From contig PJMG01000006.1 of the NCBI GenBank assembly GCA_003173895.1, positions 2,820 to 66,819 of the forward strand: 64,000 bases of DNA, read 5' to 3'. Source of the stretch: Candidatus Levyibacteriota bacterium. GTDB lineage: Bacteria > Patescibacteriota > Microgenomatia > Levybacterales > UBA12049. This document shows positions 28,077-38,056 of this stretch, one piece after another. Made by a program: the position numbers and the translations under genes. The notes beneath the pieces were generated by a model. That model was not told the DNA's origin. It worked only from the letters and a program-made list of their open reading frames with translations, and ran no database searches. Each line of letters starts with the position of its first letter. Position 1 is the first letter of the stretch.

Positions 28077-28538
28077 ATGTTAATTACAGATATTTATAAT
28101 CCAAACATATCACCTATTTTAGACACTATTAGTGTTAAAGAAGCTCTGGAAATTTTAATAGATAAACATTTTAACGGTGTAGTTGTTTTAGATAAAAATG
28201 ATAAATTAGTCGGAATTTTTTCTCTCCAAGATCTAGCTGCTGCTATAGTACCTGAAGATTTTACAGAAAATGCAGTTTTAGCTGAAGCACTTTATAAACC
28301 GAATTTTTTCCATGATTGTTGCCAGGAAATTAAAAATAAAAAGGTTTCTGACATTATGAGAAAAGATTTCATTATCGCTACACCTCAAACACCTGTCATG
28401 GAGATAGCTGCAGATTTCCTAAAAAATGATCTATATATAGTACCTGTTTGCGAAAACGGTAAAGTAATCGGTATAGTAACTCGTTCAGAAATTAAAAAAG
28501 CTCTCGCTTTAGGAATGGGAGTTTCCTCTAAAAAATAA
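28077..28538 (+). CDS. CBS domain pair protein
   Basis: Two CBS repeats (ALEILIDKHFNGVVVLDKNDKLVGIFSLQDL; PVCENGKVIGIVTRSEI). Confidence 0.7.
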   Translation: MLITDIYNPNISPILDTISVKEALEILIDKHFNGVVVLDKNDKLVGIFSLQDLAAAIVPEDFTENAVLAEALYKPNFFHDCCQEIKNKKVSDIMRKDFIIATPQTPVMEIAADFLKNDLYIVPVCENGKVIGIVTRSEIKKALALGMGVSSKK

Positions 28539-28544
28539 ACTACT

Positions 28545-29873
28545 ATGATTCAAACACACTTAACTATACTTTCTTTTATTTCAATTGCCATCATCTTAAC
28601 AGTTTATGCATTTTTAATTACGGAGAAACTAAATAAAGTTATTGTTTCTATCTTAGGCGCTACACTTTTAATCATTCTACAAGTTTTTAAAACAGCTTCT
28701 GATACTTCCCAAAATGGAGGTTTTGCATTCATAGGTAAAAATTTAGATGTTTTATTTTTCGTCATTGGCATGATGATTTTAGTAGGAATAGTTAAAGAAT
28801 CAGGTTTTTTCGAAAGTATAGCTATTTGGCTGGCTAAAAAAGTTAAAGGTAATCCTACTCTTCTTTTAGTGGCTATTTCTTATTTAACTTTCTTCATGAC
28901 TGTATTTTTATCTAATATCCCAACTATTTTAATCATGTTACCAGTACTTTTAATCCTAATTAAAGAGTTAAAACTGCCTGCACTCCCCTATTTAATCTCA
29001 GTTATTACTATGGGTAATATCGCTGGCGCAGCTACACCATTTTCAGATCCTACTACATATTATCAATCTAAAACCGTAGGCTTATCTTTCATAGAAGTTA
29101 TTAGTAATTCTGGTTTTATAGCTTTAGTTCTCTCTGTAGCTTCTGTAAGCTATATAAGTTTTGTTTTTAGAAAACAATTAGCAGCGGTTAAAGTGAATCC
29201 AAAAGATGTAGCTTTATTTGATCCTAAAGCAGCTATAAAAGATAAAAAAATCTTAAAATTTGGTCTTCCTTTATTAGCTATTTCTATACTTCTTATGATT
29301 ATGAAAGATACTATAGCTTCTTTAACCGGAATAACTTTAGATAATGCTACAGTTGTTTTAACTGCGGCTTTCGTAGCAATGCTTATTTTCAACAAATCAC
29401 CTAAAGATATTTTTACCAATATAGTTGATTTTGAGATTATTTTCTTCTTTATGGGACTTTTTATCGTCGTTGGTTCATTACAACAAACAGGAGTTGTTCA
29501 AGCTTTGGCTGCAGGATTAGTCGCTCTTTCCCATCGTAACGATGTGATCCTGCAGCTATTAATAACTTCTGGATCTGGCGTTTTATCTATGTTTATAGAT
29601 AACGTACCTTATAACATTACTATGGTTAGCGCTATCCAAGCTATGGGAAAAATTGGAATTACCATTTATCCTCTCTGGTGGGCACTTAATCTCGGAACAT
29701 CTTTAGGTGGAGCTGGATCTCCTATAGGTGCAGCATGTAATGTAGTAGCTTTAGGTCTAGCTGATAAAGAAAAAATTCATATCAAATTTGGAAAATACTT
29801 ATTAGTTGGCTTCCCCTTAGTTCTTATCAATAGTTTAATTACATTTTTAATTATCTGGCTTCGCTATCACTAA
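28545..29873 (+). CDS. ArsB/NhaD-superfamily (CitMHS-like) anion or cation permease
   Basis: About 10-12 TMS with the internal duplication typical of the ArsB/NhaD permease fold; the ATG is 7 nt after the CBS gene. Confidence 0.5.
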   Translation: MIQTHLTILSFISIAIILTVYAFLITEKLNKVIVSILGATLLIILQVFKTASDTSQNGGFAFIGKNLDVLFFVIGMMILVGIVKESGFFESIAIWLAKKVKGNPTLLLVAISYLTFFMTVFLSNIPTILIMLPVLLILIKELKLPALPYLISVITMGNIAGAATPFSDPTTYYQSKTVGLSFIEVISNSGFIALVLSVASVSYISFVFRKQLAAVKVNPKDVALFDPKAAIKDKKILKFGLPLLAISILLMIMKDTIASLTGITLDNATVVLTAAFVAMLIFNKSPKDIFTNIVDFEIIFFFMGLFIVVGSLQQTGVVQALAAGLVALSHRNDVILQLLITSGSGVLSMFIDNVPYNITMVSAIQAMGKIGITIYPLWWALNLGTSLGGAGSPIGAACNVVALGLADKEKIHIKFGKYLLVGFPLVLINSLITFLIIWLRYH

Positions 29874-29874
29874 T

Positions 29875-31476
29875 ATGGCAAATAAAATTTTTAAAAACTT
29901 TTTTGATATTTTATCTCATTTTTCAGCAACTCAATTGTCAGTTATTTCATTTTTACTTATGTCTTTAATTGGTGGACTTTTAATTTGGTCTACTGAAAGA
30001 AATCGCATAGTTACAGAAGAAGTACCTGCTGCTCAAAAAGTTATCGTTTATCAAAAAGTAAATAATAATTTAGTTACTAATCCACAGGAACAAATTTATA
30101 CTTTTACTAAACCTCAAAAACAAAAAGGGGAAAATTTCATTGATACACTTTTTACAGCTGTTTCTGCTCTTTGCGTTACTGGGCTTAATTCAACTGATTT
30201 TTCTAGATTTACCATCTATGGACAGATTATAACTATGATTTTAATTCAAATGGGAGGTCTGGGAATCATTCTTTTTACCTCTATTTTCGCTATGAGCGTG
30301 GCTAGGGGTTTATCAGAACATGCTAATTTTAGGAAACTCATGTCAGGAATCTTAGATACCAATGAAAATTCTGTTCGAGATATGATTAAGCATGTAGTCA
30401 TTTATACATTTTTATTTGAAGGGCTGGCTACTCTGATAATGGGGTTACATTTACAATTTTCTAACGCTGGCAAACTATTAAATGGTATAAATCCCTGGTG
30501 GTGGTCACTATTTCACTCAGTCTCTGCTTTTAATAACGCCGGATTTGGTTTATTAAATAATAATTTATCTAGCTTTGTAACAGATCCTGTTATTAACTTA
30601 ACTATAGCTGGTCTTATCATTTTAGGAGGACTTGGTTATCCTGTTTTAATAGGTATTCATGTTTTTATGCGCGGCAAACTTATTCGTAAAAAAGATCGCG
30701 AACAAAAGAAATTAATCGCTGATATGCAGTCCGTTTCTGCTTCATCTGTTCAAATTCGGGTAGCACTTGTGGGAACGGTTTTGTTATTAGCTCTAGGTAC
30801 TATATTCCCACTTTTGGAAGAATCACATAAAGCATTACTTAGTCACTATACTCTCTCTCAACAGATCTTAATTACTTTTTTCCAAAGCGTTTCTACTCGT
30901 ACAGCTGGATTTAATACTATTGATATAGGATTATTAGGTATTGCTACTCTCTTTTTATACATACTTTTAATGTACATTGGTACTAATCCTGCCGGTACAG
31001 GTGGAGGTATAAAAATACCAACTGTAGCTGTGCTGTATGGATATTTAAAAGATTGGTTCTCTAAACCTGGTCAACCTATAAAATTACTCGGGAAAAATGT
31101 TAGTAAATTCGCAGTTTCTCACGCGATTAGATTATTCTTCTTAAGTATCATAACTATTTCTATAATTACGTTTACAATTTGTTTTATCGAAGGCAAATGG
31201 CTTATTACACCAGATCCACTTTTCAGTTTTATGAAAATATTATTTGAAGTAGTTTCTGCTTTTGGTACAGTAGGTCTTTCTATGGGCTTCCCTGGAGGAG
31301 TAGCCAGTTTTTCAGCGATTTTAAGCCCTGTTTCTAAACTTTTAATTATTATTACTATGCTTATAGGTCGACTAGGACCACTTACTATTTTAGCTTCACT
31401 TCCTTGGAAAAAAGAGCCAAGTGAAAAAGAATTAAGTCCAGATTTCCCCGACGCTCAGAGGATACAGATTGGATAA
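29875..31476 (+). CDS. trkH: TrkH/KtrB-family potassium transporter
   Basis: Four P-loop-like selectivity motifs: CVTGLNST, NAGFGL, GTNPAGTGGGIK, GTVGLSMGF. Confidence 0.8.
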   Translation: MANKIFKNFFDILSHFSATQLSVISFLLMSLIGGLLIWSTERNRIVTEEVPAAQKVIVYQKVNNNLVTNPQEQIYTFTKPQKQKGENFIDTLFTAVSALCVTGLNSTDFSRFTIYGQIITMILIQMGGLGIILFTSIFAMSVARGLSEHANFRKLMSGILDTNENSVRDMIKHVVIYTFLFEGLATLIMGLHLQFSNAGKLLNGINPWWWSLFHSVSAFNNAGFGLLNNNLSSFVTDPVINLTIAGLIILGGLGYPVLIGIHVFMRGKLIRKKDREQKKLIADMQSVSASSVQIRVALVGTVLLLALGTIFPLLEESHKALLSHYTLSQQILITFFQSVSTRTAGFNTIDIGLLGIATLFLYILLMYIGTNPAGTGGGIKIPTVAVLYGYLKDWFSKPGQPIKLLGKNVSKFAVSHAIRLFFLSIITISIITFTICFIEGKWLITPDPLFSFMKILFEVVSAFGTVGLSMGFPGGVASFSAILSPVSKLLIIITMLIGRLGPLTILASLPWKKEPSEKELSPDFPDAQRIQIG

Positions 31477-31480
31477 ATAA

Positions 31481-31999
31481 TTATTCTGTAAGTGCAAAAA
31501 ATTCTATATTATAGGGAAAACCCTCAAAATCTGCTTGTTGTTCAAGATCTTTATTATATGTAATTATAAGTTTTTGCGTTTGTATTTTCCCACTTTTAAG
31601 AAATTTTACAATAGGGATTTCTTCTAGATTATTCTCTCTTTCTATAATCACTTGACCTTTTTTCTTAGCAATACTAAAATATCTTTTTTTTAAAAACCTA
31701 ACTGTATCATCATGATCAATTTCTCCCACTACAGGCTGATTACTTCCTACTTTTTCTACAAATGCTTCTAATAAACTTTTCCCAAGATTTTTTCTTCTTA
31801 AGTTTGAATCTACTATTACATGATCTAAACGCCAATGATCTTCTTCCCACAAATAGTTAAGTTCACCTAGAGATTTCTCTCCTTTAAGAACTCTCAATGT
31901 ATCATAATCTCTTATTTCACTTCCAAGCATTTCTTGTGTACCTGGAATATAATCAATTTTTATATCTGGTGACATATTCACACATTGTATCAAAAACAC
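31481..31999 (-). CDS. GNAT-family acetyltransferase-like protein
   Basis: Motif A-like RRKNLGKSLLEAFVEKV; weak. Confidence 0.4.
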   Translation of the reverse strand: MFLIQCVNMSPDIKIDYIPGTQEMLGSEIRDYDTLRVLKGEKSLGELNYLWEEDHWRLDHVIVDSNLRRKNLGKSLLEAFVEKVGSNQPVVGEIDHDDTVRFLKKRYFSIAKKKGQVIIERENNLEEIPIVKFLKSGKIQTQKLIITYNKDLEQQADFEGFPYNIEFFALTE

Positions 32000-32047
32000 A
32001 CAATCTTTTTCTCGACTGTGTGTTTTTAAAAGATTTCTAACTATTAA

Positions 32048-32308
32048 TTACATCGCTGGTTGTTCCATAACTTCCTGAACATTTGCCTCCAGCATTTGAC
32101 TCATTTCTTCTTCAGATGGAACTGGTTGACCAGGATGCTTTTCTGTAAAATGTTTAGTTCCCATATCACCTTTCATCATATCCTTAAATTTCATGATGGC
32201 TTCTTCACGAGTGGCTGCGTCCATAGTCATTTTATCTCCACAAGTACATGTAAATTCAAATTTCTTCATTTTTAGTCCGTTAGATAATTTCATATCTAAT
32301 GGATTCAA
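32048..32308 (-). CDS. small metal-binding-like protein (DUF1059-like)
   Basis: FEFTCTCGDKMTMDAATREEA; 86 aa; weak. Confidence 0.3.
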   Translation of the reverse strand: MNPLDMKLSNGLKMKKFEFTCTCGDKMTMDAATREEAIMKFKDMMKGDMGTKHFTEKHPGQPVPSEEEMSQMLEANVQEVMEQPAM

Positions 32309-32489
32309 TCACCTCCTCTCTTCTTACATTAAGCATTAAAAAATGTACTAAGTCAAGTAATAAATAGGTAATTATTCGTCGTCGCGAGCGACTATAAGGA
32401 GCGTGGCCATCTTAATAGGATTATATGAGATTGCTTTGTAATTTTATGATCTCGCAATGAAGAAGATAAAATTTCGTATTTTACACTAT

Positions 32490-33347
32490 TTATTTTGGTA
32501 AAGATGGGTAGTTAATTTTGATATCATTTGCGGTAAAAAATAAACATTGCCTAGCTAGTGCATTAGCGAAAACTCCTGCTTTTTTAAACGATTTAGTTTT
32601 ATAAAAAGAGTAAGCAAAACCTGCTGAAAAAATATCTCCAGAACCCACAGAATCGATTATATCTTTTTCTAACACAATCTCTGTAGGAATATTTAATATT
32701 TTTTTATTATCCAAGATTGTTACTCCTTTTTCTCCTTTAGTAATCGCAGTAATTATGTTATATTTCTTCGACCAATCTTTAGATAAATTTTCAATATTTG
32801 GGTAATCTGCTTCGGATAAAATCATTAAATCAAATAAAGGTAATATTTCATTTGCTTCTTTAAACATTCTTTTTTCGACCATGTTTTTTTTATTAATAGT
32901 TCTAAAATATCCTTGTGGTAATAGAACTTTTAGAGCATTTTTAGGAATTTTTTTTATTAAACTTTCAATATAGTTCGTTGAGAAGTTAGGTAAGATTGGA
33001 GAGATAAAAAGTATCTCAGTTTCTCCTAAAATTTCTTCAATTTGTGAATTTATCTCAACTGGATAGGCATAAATTTCATTGAACACTTTTTGTGTTCGCA
33101 TATTATTTTTCGTAATGTTTTCATAAACTAAAGTCTTAGACATTTTTTGACTTAAATTATATAAGGACTCAGTTTTATAAACTCTTAAAAAATCTTCGCC
33201 ATAAGAGGCTATTATTTTTACTTTACAATCCAGCAATTGTTTAAAGATTTTATCCATGAAGATCGCAGGACTGCCAGCTGCGATATACGAAGAATTTTCA
33301 GATTCATTTTTATCTATATCCACATGTCCTACTATAGTTATGTTCAT
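32490..33347 (-). CDS. PfkB-family carbohydrate kinase
   Basis: C-terminal DIIDSVGSGDIFSAGFAYSF is the PfkB signature 2 (DTxGAGD). Confidence 0.65.
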   Translation of the reverse strand: MNITIVGHVDIDKNESENSSYIAAGSPAIFMDKIFKQLLDCKVKIIASYGEDFLRVYKTESLYNLSQKMSKTLVYENITKNNMRTQKVFNEIYAYPVEINSQIEEILGETEILFISPILPNFSTNYIESLIKKIPKNALKVLLPQGYFRTINKKNMVEKRMFKEANEILPLFDLMILSEADYPNIENLSKDWSKKYNIITAITKGEKGVTILDNKKILNIPTEIVLEKDIIDSVGSGDIFSAGFAYSFYKTKSFKKAGVFANALARQCLFFTANDIKINYPSLPK

Positions 33348-33589
33348 TTAAATAATATTATAGAATTATGAATTACGAATCAAGAAGTATAACTTTTGTT
33401 AAGGAGCAATTTGTCTTTTCAATTTTTGGTGAATTGGAATTTTCTCTTTAAATAAATTTAGAAGTTAAATTAAGTCTAGTGAGAAAATTCCACTAGTGAA
33501 GTCCGAAGATTTATTTAAAAATCTAAATCAACTTTCCCTGAACGCCACCAAAAATTGCGAAAGCAAACTGCTATAACTTAATAAATAAA

Positions 33590-33611
33590 GATCCTTCGTT
33601 CCACTCAGGCC
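33590..33611. repeat. family-1 repeat unit (AGATCCTTCGTTCCACTCAGGC)
   Basis: A fragment matching the unit consensus; intergenic. Confidence 0.45.
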
Positions 33612-33631
33612 ATAGCTCTTGAGCCCCAGAC

Positions 33632-35086
33632 TCATAGAGATGATGAAACTGGGAGAGAAAAATAGAATGTAGAACCCTTACCTTCTGAACTTTCCACCCA
33701 CAGCTTACCTTTATGCAGTTTAATTATTTGACTAGAAATATATAAACCCAAACCTAATCCTGGATAAGTCTCATGACCTCGTACTTGATAAAATCGATCA
33801 AATATTTTCTTGTGAGCAATCTTAGGTATACCTATTCCAAAATCTTTCACATAAATTTCGATAGTATTTTTTTTAGGACGAGAACCGATAATAATATCTT
33901 TATCTGCTTTAGAATATTTAATAGCATTCGTAACTAAATTCGTAAGTACTTGTCTTATTCTTTCTTTATCAGCATACACATATAGTTTAGTATGCCAGTC
34001 TAATTTAAGCTTATGGAATGTGGTAGGTTGTAAGTCTTCTACTATTTCTTTCGCTAATTCTTTAACTAAGAACTTTTCCTTTTCTACTTTTAAACCACCT
34101 TTATAAAGTCTAGTAACGTCTAATAATTCTTTAACTAGATCTGTTAATTTATTTAGTTGAAGGTCAATTTTTTTAATTACTTTCTCTGATTCGGAATCCT
34201 GAGATTTTTGAAATCTCTTTTTCAAAATTTGCGCGAAAACAGTAGCAGATGTTAGAGGTGTTTTTAATTCATGAGAAGCCATATTAATAAAATCATCTTT
34301 TTTCTCCTCTAATTCTCTTTGAATAGTAATATCATTTATAATTTCTGCAGCAGCAATTATTTTTCCTTTCTTGTTAAGAATAGGAGCAGCACTAACTTGT
34401 AAAAATGTTTTTTTTCCATCTTTTTTTTGAATAGTTATGTTTTCGTTTTTTAATTTTTTCCCTTTTAATGCTGTTAATATAGGAGCTTGAGAAGCATTTA
34501 ATGGTTTATTATTAATTTCCGCATTTAAAAGTAATTCTTCACCATATATAAATTCTGTAGGAATTTTCATATCAATTATATTTTCCAGTTGTTTATTTTG
34601 GTGAATAACTTTACCAGTAGCATCGGAAATAATTATTCCTACTGGTAGTTGTTCTACAATAGTTTCCAACTGCTTTCTGCCATCTGCTTCTTTTTCGATT
34701 AAACTATCTACTGTTTGTTTTAATCCTCCAATTATCGCAGAAAGGCCAAAATATATTAACCCCAAATAAATGGTTGTTTCAACCCCAGCTATAAATTTTC
34801 CATTAGTATAACTTCTAGTTTCAATAATATATAAATAATATAAAATGGTTAAAGTACTAGTCGTAAAACCTCCTATTACTCCATTTCTAAGTGAGAAATA
34901 AATAATTAAGATTACATTAACAAAAATGATATAAGTTCCAACTATGTTAGGATCTTTTAAGATTTTATAAGATAAAAATTCCGATAAAATAAAAACAATA
35001 ATATTAAAGATAAGTGGAAAAAGAAAAGAATAATTTTTTTTACCCAGTTGCTTAATTGGATTTAAATAATCCAATATTTTTATCAT
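33632..35086 (-). CDS. sensor histidine kinase (TM, PAS, HisKA, HATPase_c); orphan, no response regulator adjacent
   Basis: H-box FINMASHELKTPLTS, N-box LVTNAIKYS, G-boxes DFGIGIP and GLGLGLYIS; N-terminal TM segments; PAS-like middle. Confidence 0.8.
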   Translation of the reverse strand: MIKILDYLNPIKQLGKKNYSFLFPLIFNIIVFILSEFLSYKILKDPNIVGTYIIFVNVILIIYFSLRNGVIGGFTTSTLTILYYLYIIETRSYTNGKFIAGVETTIYLGLIYFGLSAIIGGLKQTVDSLIEKEADGRKQLETIVEQLPVGIIISDATGKVIHQNKQLENIIDMKIPTEFIYGEELLLNAEINNKPLNASQAPILTALKGKKLKNENITIQKKDGKKTFLQVSAAPILNKKGKIIAAAEIINDITIQRELEEKKDDFINMASHELKTPLTSATVFAQILKKRFQKSQDSESEKVIKKIDLQLNKLTDLVKELLDVTRLYKGGLKVEKEKFLVKELAKEIVEDLQPTTFHKLKLDWHTKLYVYADKERIRQVLTNLVTNAIKYSKADKDIIIGSRPKKNTIEIYVKDFGIGIPKIAHKKIFDRFYQVRGHETYPGLGLGLYISSQIIKLHKGKLWVESSEGKGSTFYFSLPVSSSL

Positions 35087-35136
35087 AAAATGTATTTTAC
35101 ACTTATATATATAAAAAATGTGTAAGATTAGTATTT

Positions 35137-36150
35137 CTAATTAACTACTTGACCTAAACTCCAATCGCTATCAAAGTCAGAATTTAAACTTTGTAAAATA
35201 TCTGCTTGTGAAATAATAATTCCCATTTCCCTATTTTGATCCATACTTTGAGTAGTTAAATTTACTGAGCCAATATAAGCTTTAGTGTTATCAATATCTA
35301 TCAATTTCGCATGAATGTAAGGTGATGAAACAGTTTCTACTTCAATTCCGGCATTTTTTAACTGATCCGCTGCATATTTATTAGTGCTAACTTTAGAAAA
35401 ACCAGCTAGAATTACTTTTATCTGAGTACTTTTAGCTTTTTGAGTTAATAAATTTATTATTTGTTTATCATCAATAACTTCTGTTTCTATATCTATAGTT
35501 TTAGCCGCAGAATTTAAAAGTGTAACTAACTTATCTCTAGAATTATCAGGGCTAACTACTAAATTAGAATCTGCGATATTTAAACTTTGACGTTGTGCAT
35601 CTGCATTAAAAATCTGATCAATGGTTTGTGCGTCTGTAGGATTATCATCCATAATGTCATACTCACGATTGGATTTAAAAGATGCTGCAGTTAAATTCTG
35701 ATTCATTATCCAAACTTCATTATTATCAATAACAATTGCCTTTTCATGAGTTAAAGCAAAACTGGGGTTTGTCCAATTTACTGGTATACCATCAGCAGTT
35801 AATTCTGACTTAGCTTTTTCATTTATATTTCCAGCACCAAAAGGATGCTGTTCTAATAAAACATGAACGATTATTCCCCGATCATGAGCAGCCTCAAGCG
35901 CAGAAATTATTTCTTTATCAGATAATAAATACATTTCTAAATCTATTTCTTTTTGCGCATTATTTATGGAATCAATAATAGGAGATCGTCCATCCATGGG
36001 TTGCTCAAAAAGTGTGAGATTATTTTCTGTACCTAAAACTTGAACTGAATGATTATTAAGATTTTGGTGATTAAAAACAAAATAGAGAGAATAAATAAAA
36101 AAACAGAGAACTAAAATTCCTAAATTCTTTTTAAGAAAAGAGCGCATCAA
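35137..36150 (-). CDS. phospholipase D-family protein (two HKD motifs), secreted
   Basis: Signal/TM N-terminus. HEKAIVIDNNEVWIMNQN, and a perfect second motif HAKLIDIDNTKAYIGSVNLT (HxKx4Dx6GSxN). Confidence 0.75.
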   Translation of the reverse strand: MMRSFLKKNLGILVLCFFIYSLYFVFNHQNLNNHSVQVLGTENNLTLFEQPMDGRSPIIDSINNAQKEIDLEMYLLSDKEIISALEAAHDRGIIVHVLLEQHPFGAGNINEKAKSELTADGIPVNWTNPSFALTHEKAIVIDNNEVWIMNQNLTAASFKSNREYDIMDDNPTDAQTIDQIFNADAQRQSLNIADSNLVVSPDNSRDKLVTLLNSAAKTIDIETEVIDDKQIINLLTQKAKSTQIKVILAGFSKVSTNKYAADQLKNAGIEVETVSSPYIHAKLIDIDNTKAYIGSVNLTTQSMDQNREMGIIISQADILQSLNSDFDSDWSLGQVVN

Positions 36151-36192
36151 ATCAGTTTACTATGTTACCGACTTTAGTAACAAGTATTAAGA

Positions 36193-36200
36193 ATTAACTC
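36193..36200. repeat. 8-bp target-site duplication ATTAACTC (left)
   Basis: Identical to 38010-38017, immediately outside the IS terminal inverted repeats. Confidence 0.75.
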
Positions 36201-36263
36201 GGCACTTATCCCATAACCTCATGTAATGTGATATAATTAGGTTGTCCTGCCTGACTAAATCGC

Positions 36264-37136
36264 ATGAATGAATTTAATTTCGGGCAGTTTTTAAAAAAAT
36301 ACGGTAGTGAGAAAAAATGTTTGGATTACCTCATAAAACTTAAGTGTCCTGATGGTATTTACTGCAAACAATGTGAGAGGGTAAAAAAGTTTACAAAGAT
36401 TAGAACAAGAACTGTCTATCAATGCTCTTGTGGATATCAAGTAAGTCCACTAGTTGGAACAATCTTTGAAAAAAGTAGTACACCTTTAACTTACTGGTTT
36501 TACGCAATCTTCTTGATGTCTAATACCAGATCAGGCATATCAGCAAAACAGTTACAAAGAGAGCTTGGAGTAACTTACAAAACAGCCTGGAGGATGTTTA
36601 AACAAATAAGAATCTTGATGCAATACACGACAGATAAACTTAAAGGAACGATTGAAGTAGATGAAACTTATGTAGGAGGTAAAGGGTGGAATAGAAGATA
36701 TATTCCTAATTTTAATGAGAAACCGAAAGAAGTAGTTTTCGGGATGGTAGAAAGAAATGGGAATGCGAAGCTACTTCATTTACCAGGTAATGGTAGAAGA
36801 CAATTAGTCGAAGAAATTCAAAAAAACATAGATAAAGGCTCCTATATTATCAGTGATCAATATGCAGCATACAATTACGTAACAAAGATTGGTTATACCC
36901 ATGATTTTGTAACTCATCGAAAAGAGTATGTTAGTAAAAAAGATCCGAATGTTTACACACAAAATATCGAGAGCATCTGGTCTCACTTAAAGAGAGGAAT
37001 CTTTGGAGTTTATCGAAAGACTTCCAAGAAATACTTACAGAGTTACGTTAACGAATTTGCTTTTAGATATAACTATAGAAATCAAAATATGTTTGATATA
37101 TTGATTAAACAGTCAATTAATTCTAAAATTAAATAA
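36264..37136 (+). CDS. IS1595-family (ISXO2-like) DDE transposase
   Basis: N-terminal zinc ribbon CPDGIYCKQCERV...QCSCGY, then TIEVDETYVGGKG, the hallmark of the IS1595 DDE domain. Confidence 0.8.
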   Translation: MNEFNFGQFLKKYGSEKKCLDYLIKLKCPDGIYCKQCERVKKFTKIRTRTVYQCSCGYQVSPLVGTIFEKSSTPLTYWFYAIFLMSNTRSGISAKQLQRELGVTYKTAWRMFKQIRILMQYTTDKLKGTIEVDETYVGGKGWNRRYIPNFNEKPKEVVFGMVERNGNAKLLHLPGNGRRQLVEEIQKNIDKGSYIISDQYAAYNYVTKIGYTHDFVTHRKEYVSKKDPNVYTQNIESIWSHLKRGIFGVYRKTSKKYLQSYVNEFAFRYNYRNQNMFDILIKQSINSKIK

Positions 37137-37190
37137 ATATTCTTACTAATATATTATTTGATTATAAAAAATCAATTATAATATAAGTAT

Positions 37191-37442
37191 ATGATAACCA
37201 AAAAAGAAGATTCTGCAACAAATATTGATTTATCCATAACTAATGGTGATTTAGCTGCATTAAAAGAAGTTAAAAATAAATGGAAATTTAAAAATATTGA
37301 AGATATTTTACGTTTTGCTCTAGCAGTAATGAAAAAGTCTGAAAAGAATAAAATTTATGTAGATGAAAATGGAACTCAGGTAGGATACGTTCCTGCTGAC
37401 AGCATGATAGAAAAAGAAGAAAAACCTTCTCAATCTACTTAA
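37191..37442 (+). CDS. IS cargo ORF 1, hypothetical 83 aa
   Basis: Lies inside the IS between the transposase and IRR. Acidic and hydrophilic, with no motif I recognise. Confidence 0.35.
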   Translation: MITKKEDSATNIDLSITNGDLAALKEVKNKWKFKNIEDILRFALAVMKKSEKNKIYVDENGTQVGYVPADSMIEKEEKPSQST

Positions 37443-37454
37443 TATTATTCTAAT

Positions 37455-37823
37455 ATGACAAAAAACAAAAATGACGAGACATTTCCAACGGATGATTATC
37501 TTAAAAAGGATCAATATACTAAAGAATTTGAAGATTTAAATAAAAGAACAAAGTCACTAGAAGAAAGATTAGGAACTAATGAAAATCTTGCAAAAAGTTT
37601 TTGTGAAGCTGTTGATAGTCAATCTAAAATGAAAGACAGTATAACTGATCACATAGTAGAATTACTCGAAGAAAACCCAAAAGTCCAAGAAGCTCTCCAA
37701 AAACAAGTTAATAAAATAGATAGAAATGCTGTTATGAGTTTAATTAAAAAAATAGGCTTTGCTGGTTGGACTTTAATTATTGCTCTTCTAAGTGGTGGAT
37801 TAGTTTTTATAATTAAAAAATAA
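37455..37823 (+). CDS. IS cargo ORF 2, hypothetical C-tail-anchored membrane protein
   Basis: A coiled hydrophilic N-terminus with a C-terminal TM segment GFAGWTLIIALLSGGLVFII; inside the IS. Confidence 0.35.
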   Translation: MTKNKNDETFPTDDYLKKDQYTKEFEDLNKRTKSLEERLGTNENLAKSFCEAVDSQSKMKDSITDHIVELLEENPKVQEALQKQVNKIDRNAVMSLIKKIGFAGWTLIIALLSGGLVFIIKK

Positions 37824-38009
37824 ATTACTTTTTTTTATCAAATGGAGAATGTTTAATAGCCTCTTTAAGTATTAATTCAAATAAATTTTTATCAGCTTTT
37901 CTAGTAGTTTTCTTAAGCTTTTTCTTTTTTTTATTAGGCATACTAAAACTGTAGCACACCTTAACTTTTAGAACAATCTGTGGTTACATGAAGCTTGGGG
38001 ATAAGTGCC

Positions 38010-38017
38010 ATTAACTC
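38010..38017. repeat. 8-bp target-site duplication ATTAACTC (right)
   Basis: See 36193-36200. Confidence 0.75.
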
Positions 38018-38056
38018 CGCTTGACAAAAGATAAATTTTAGGTCCATACTAATTTT

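Larger units (their letters stand above)
36201..38009 (+). mobile_element. IS1595-family insertion sequence, 1809 bp, with cargo ORFs
   Basis: IRL ggcacttatcccataacctcatgtaa (36201-36226) against the reverse complement of IRR ttacatgaagcttggggataagtgcc (37984-38009) gives 22/26. Flanked by a perfect 8-bp direct repeat ATTAACTC. Contains an ISXO2/IS1595-type DDE transposase plus two or three small ORFs. Confidence 0.8.
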
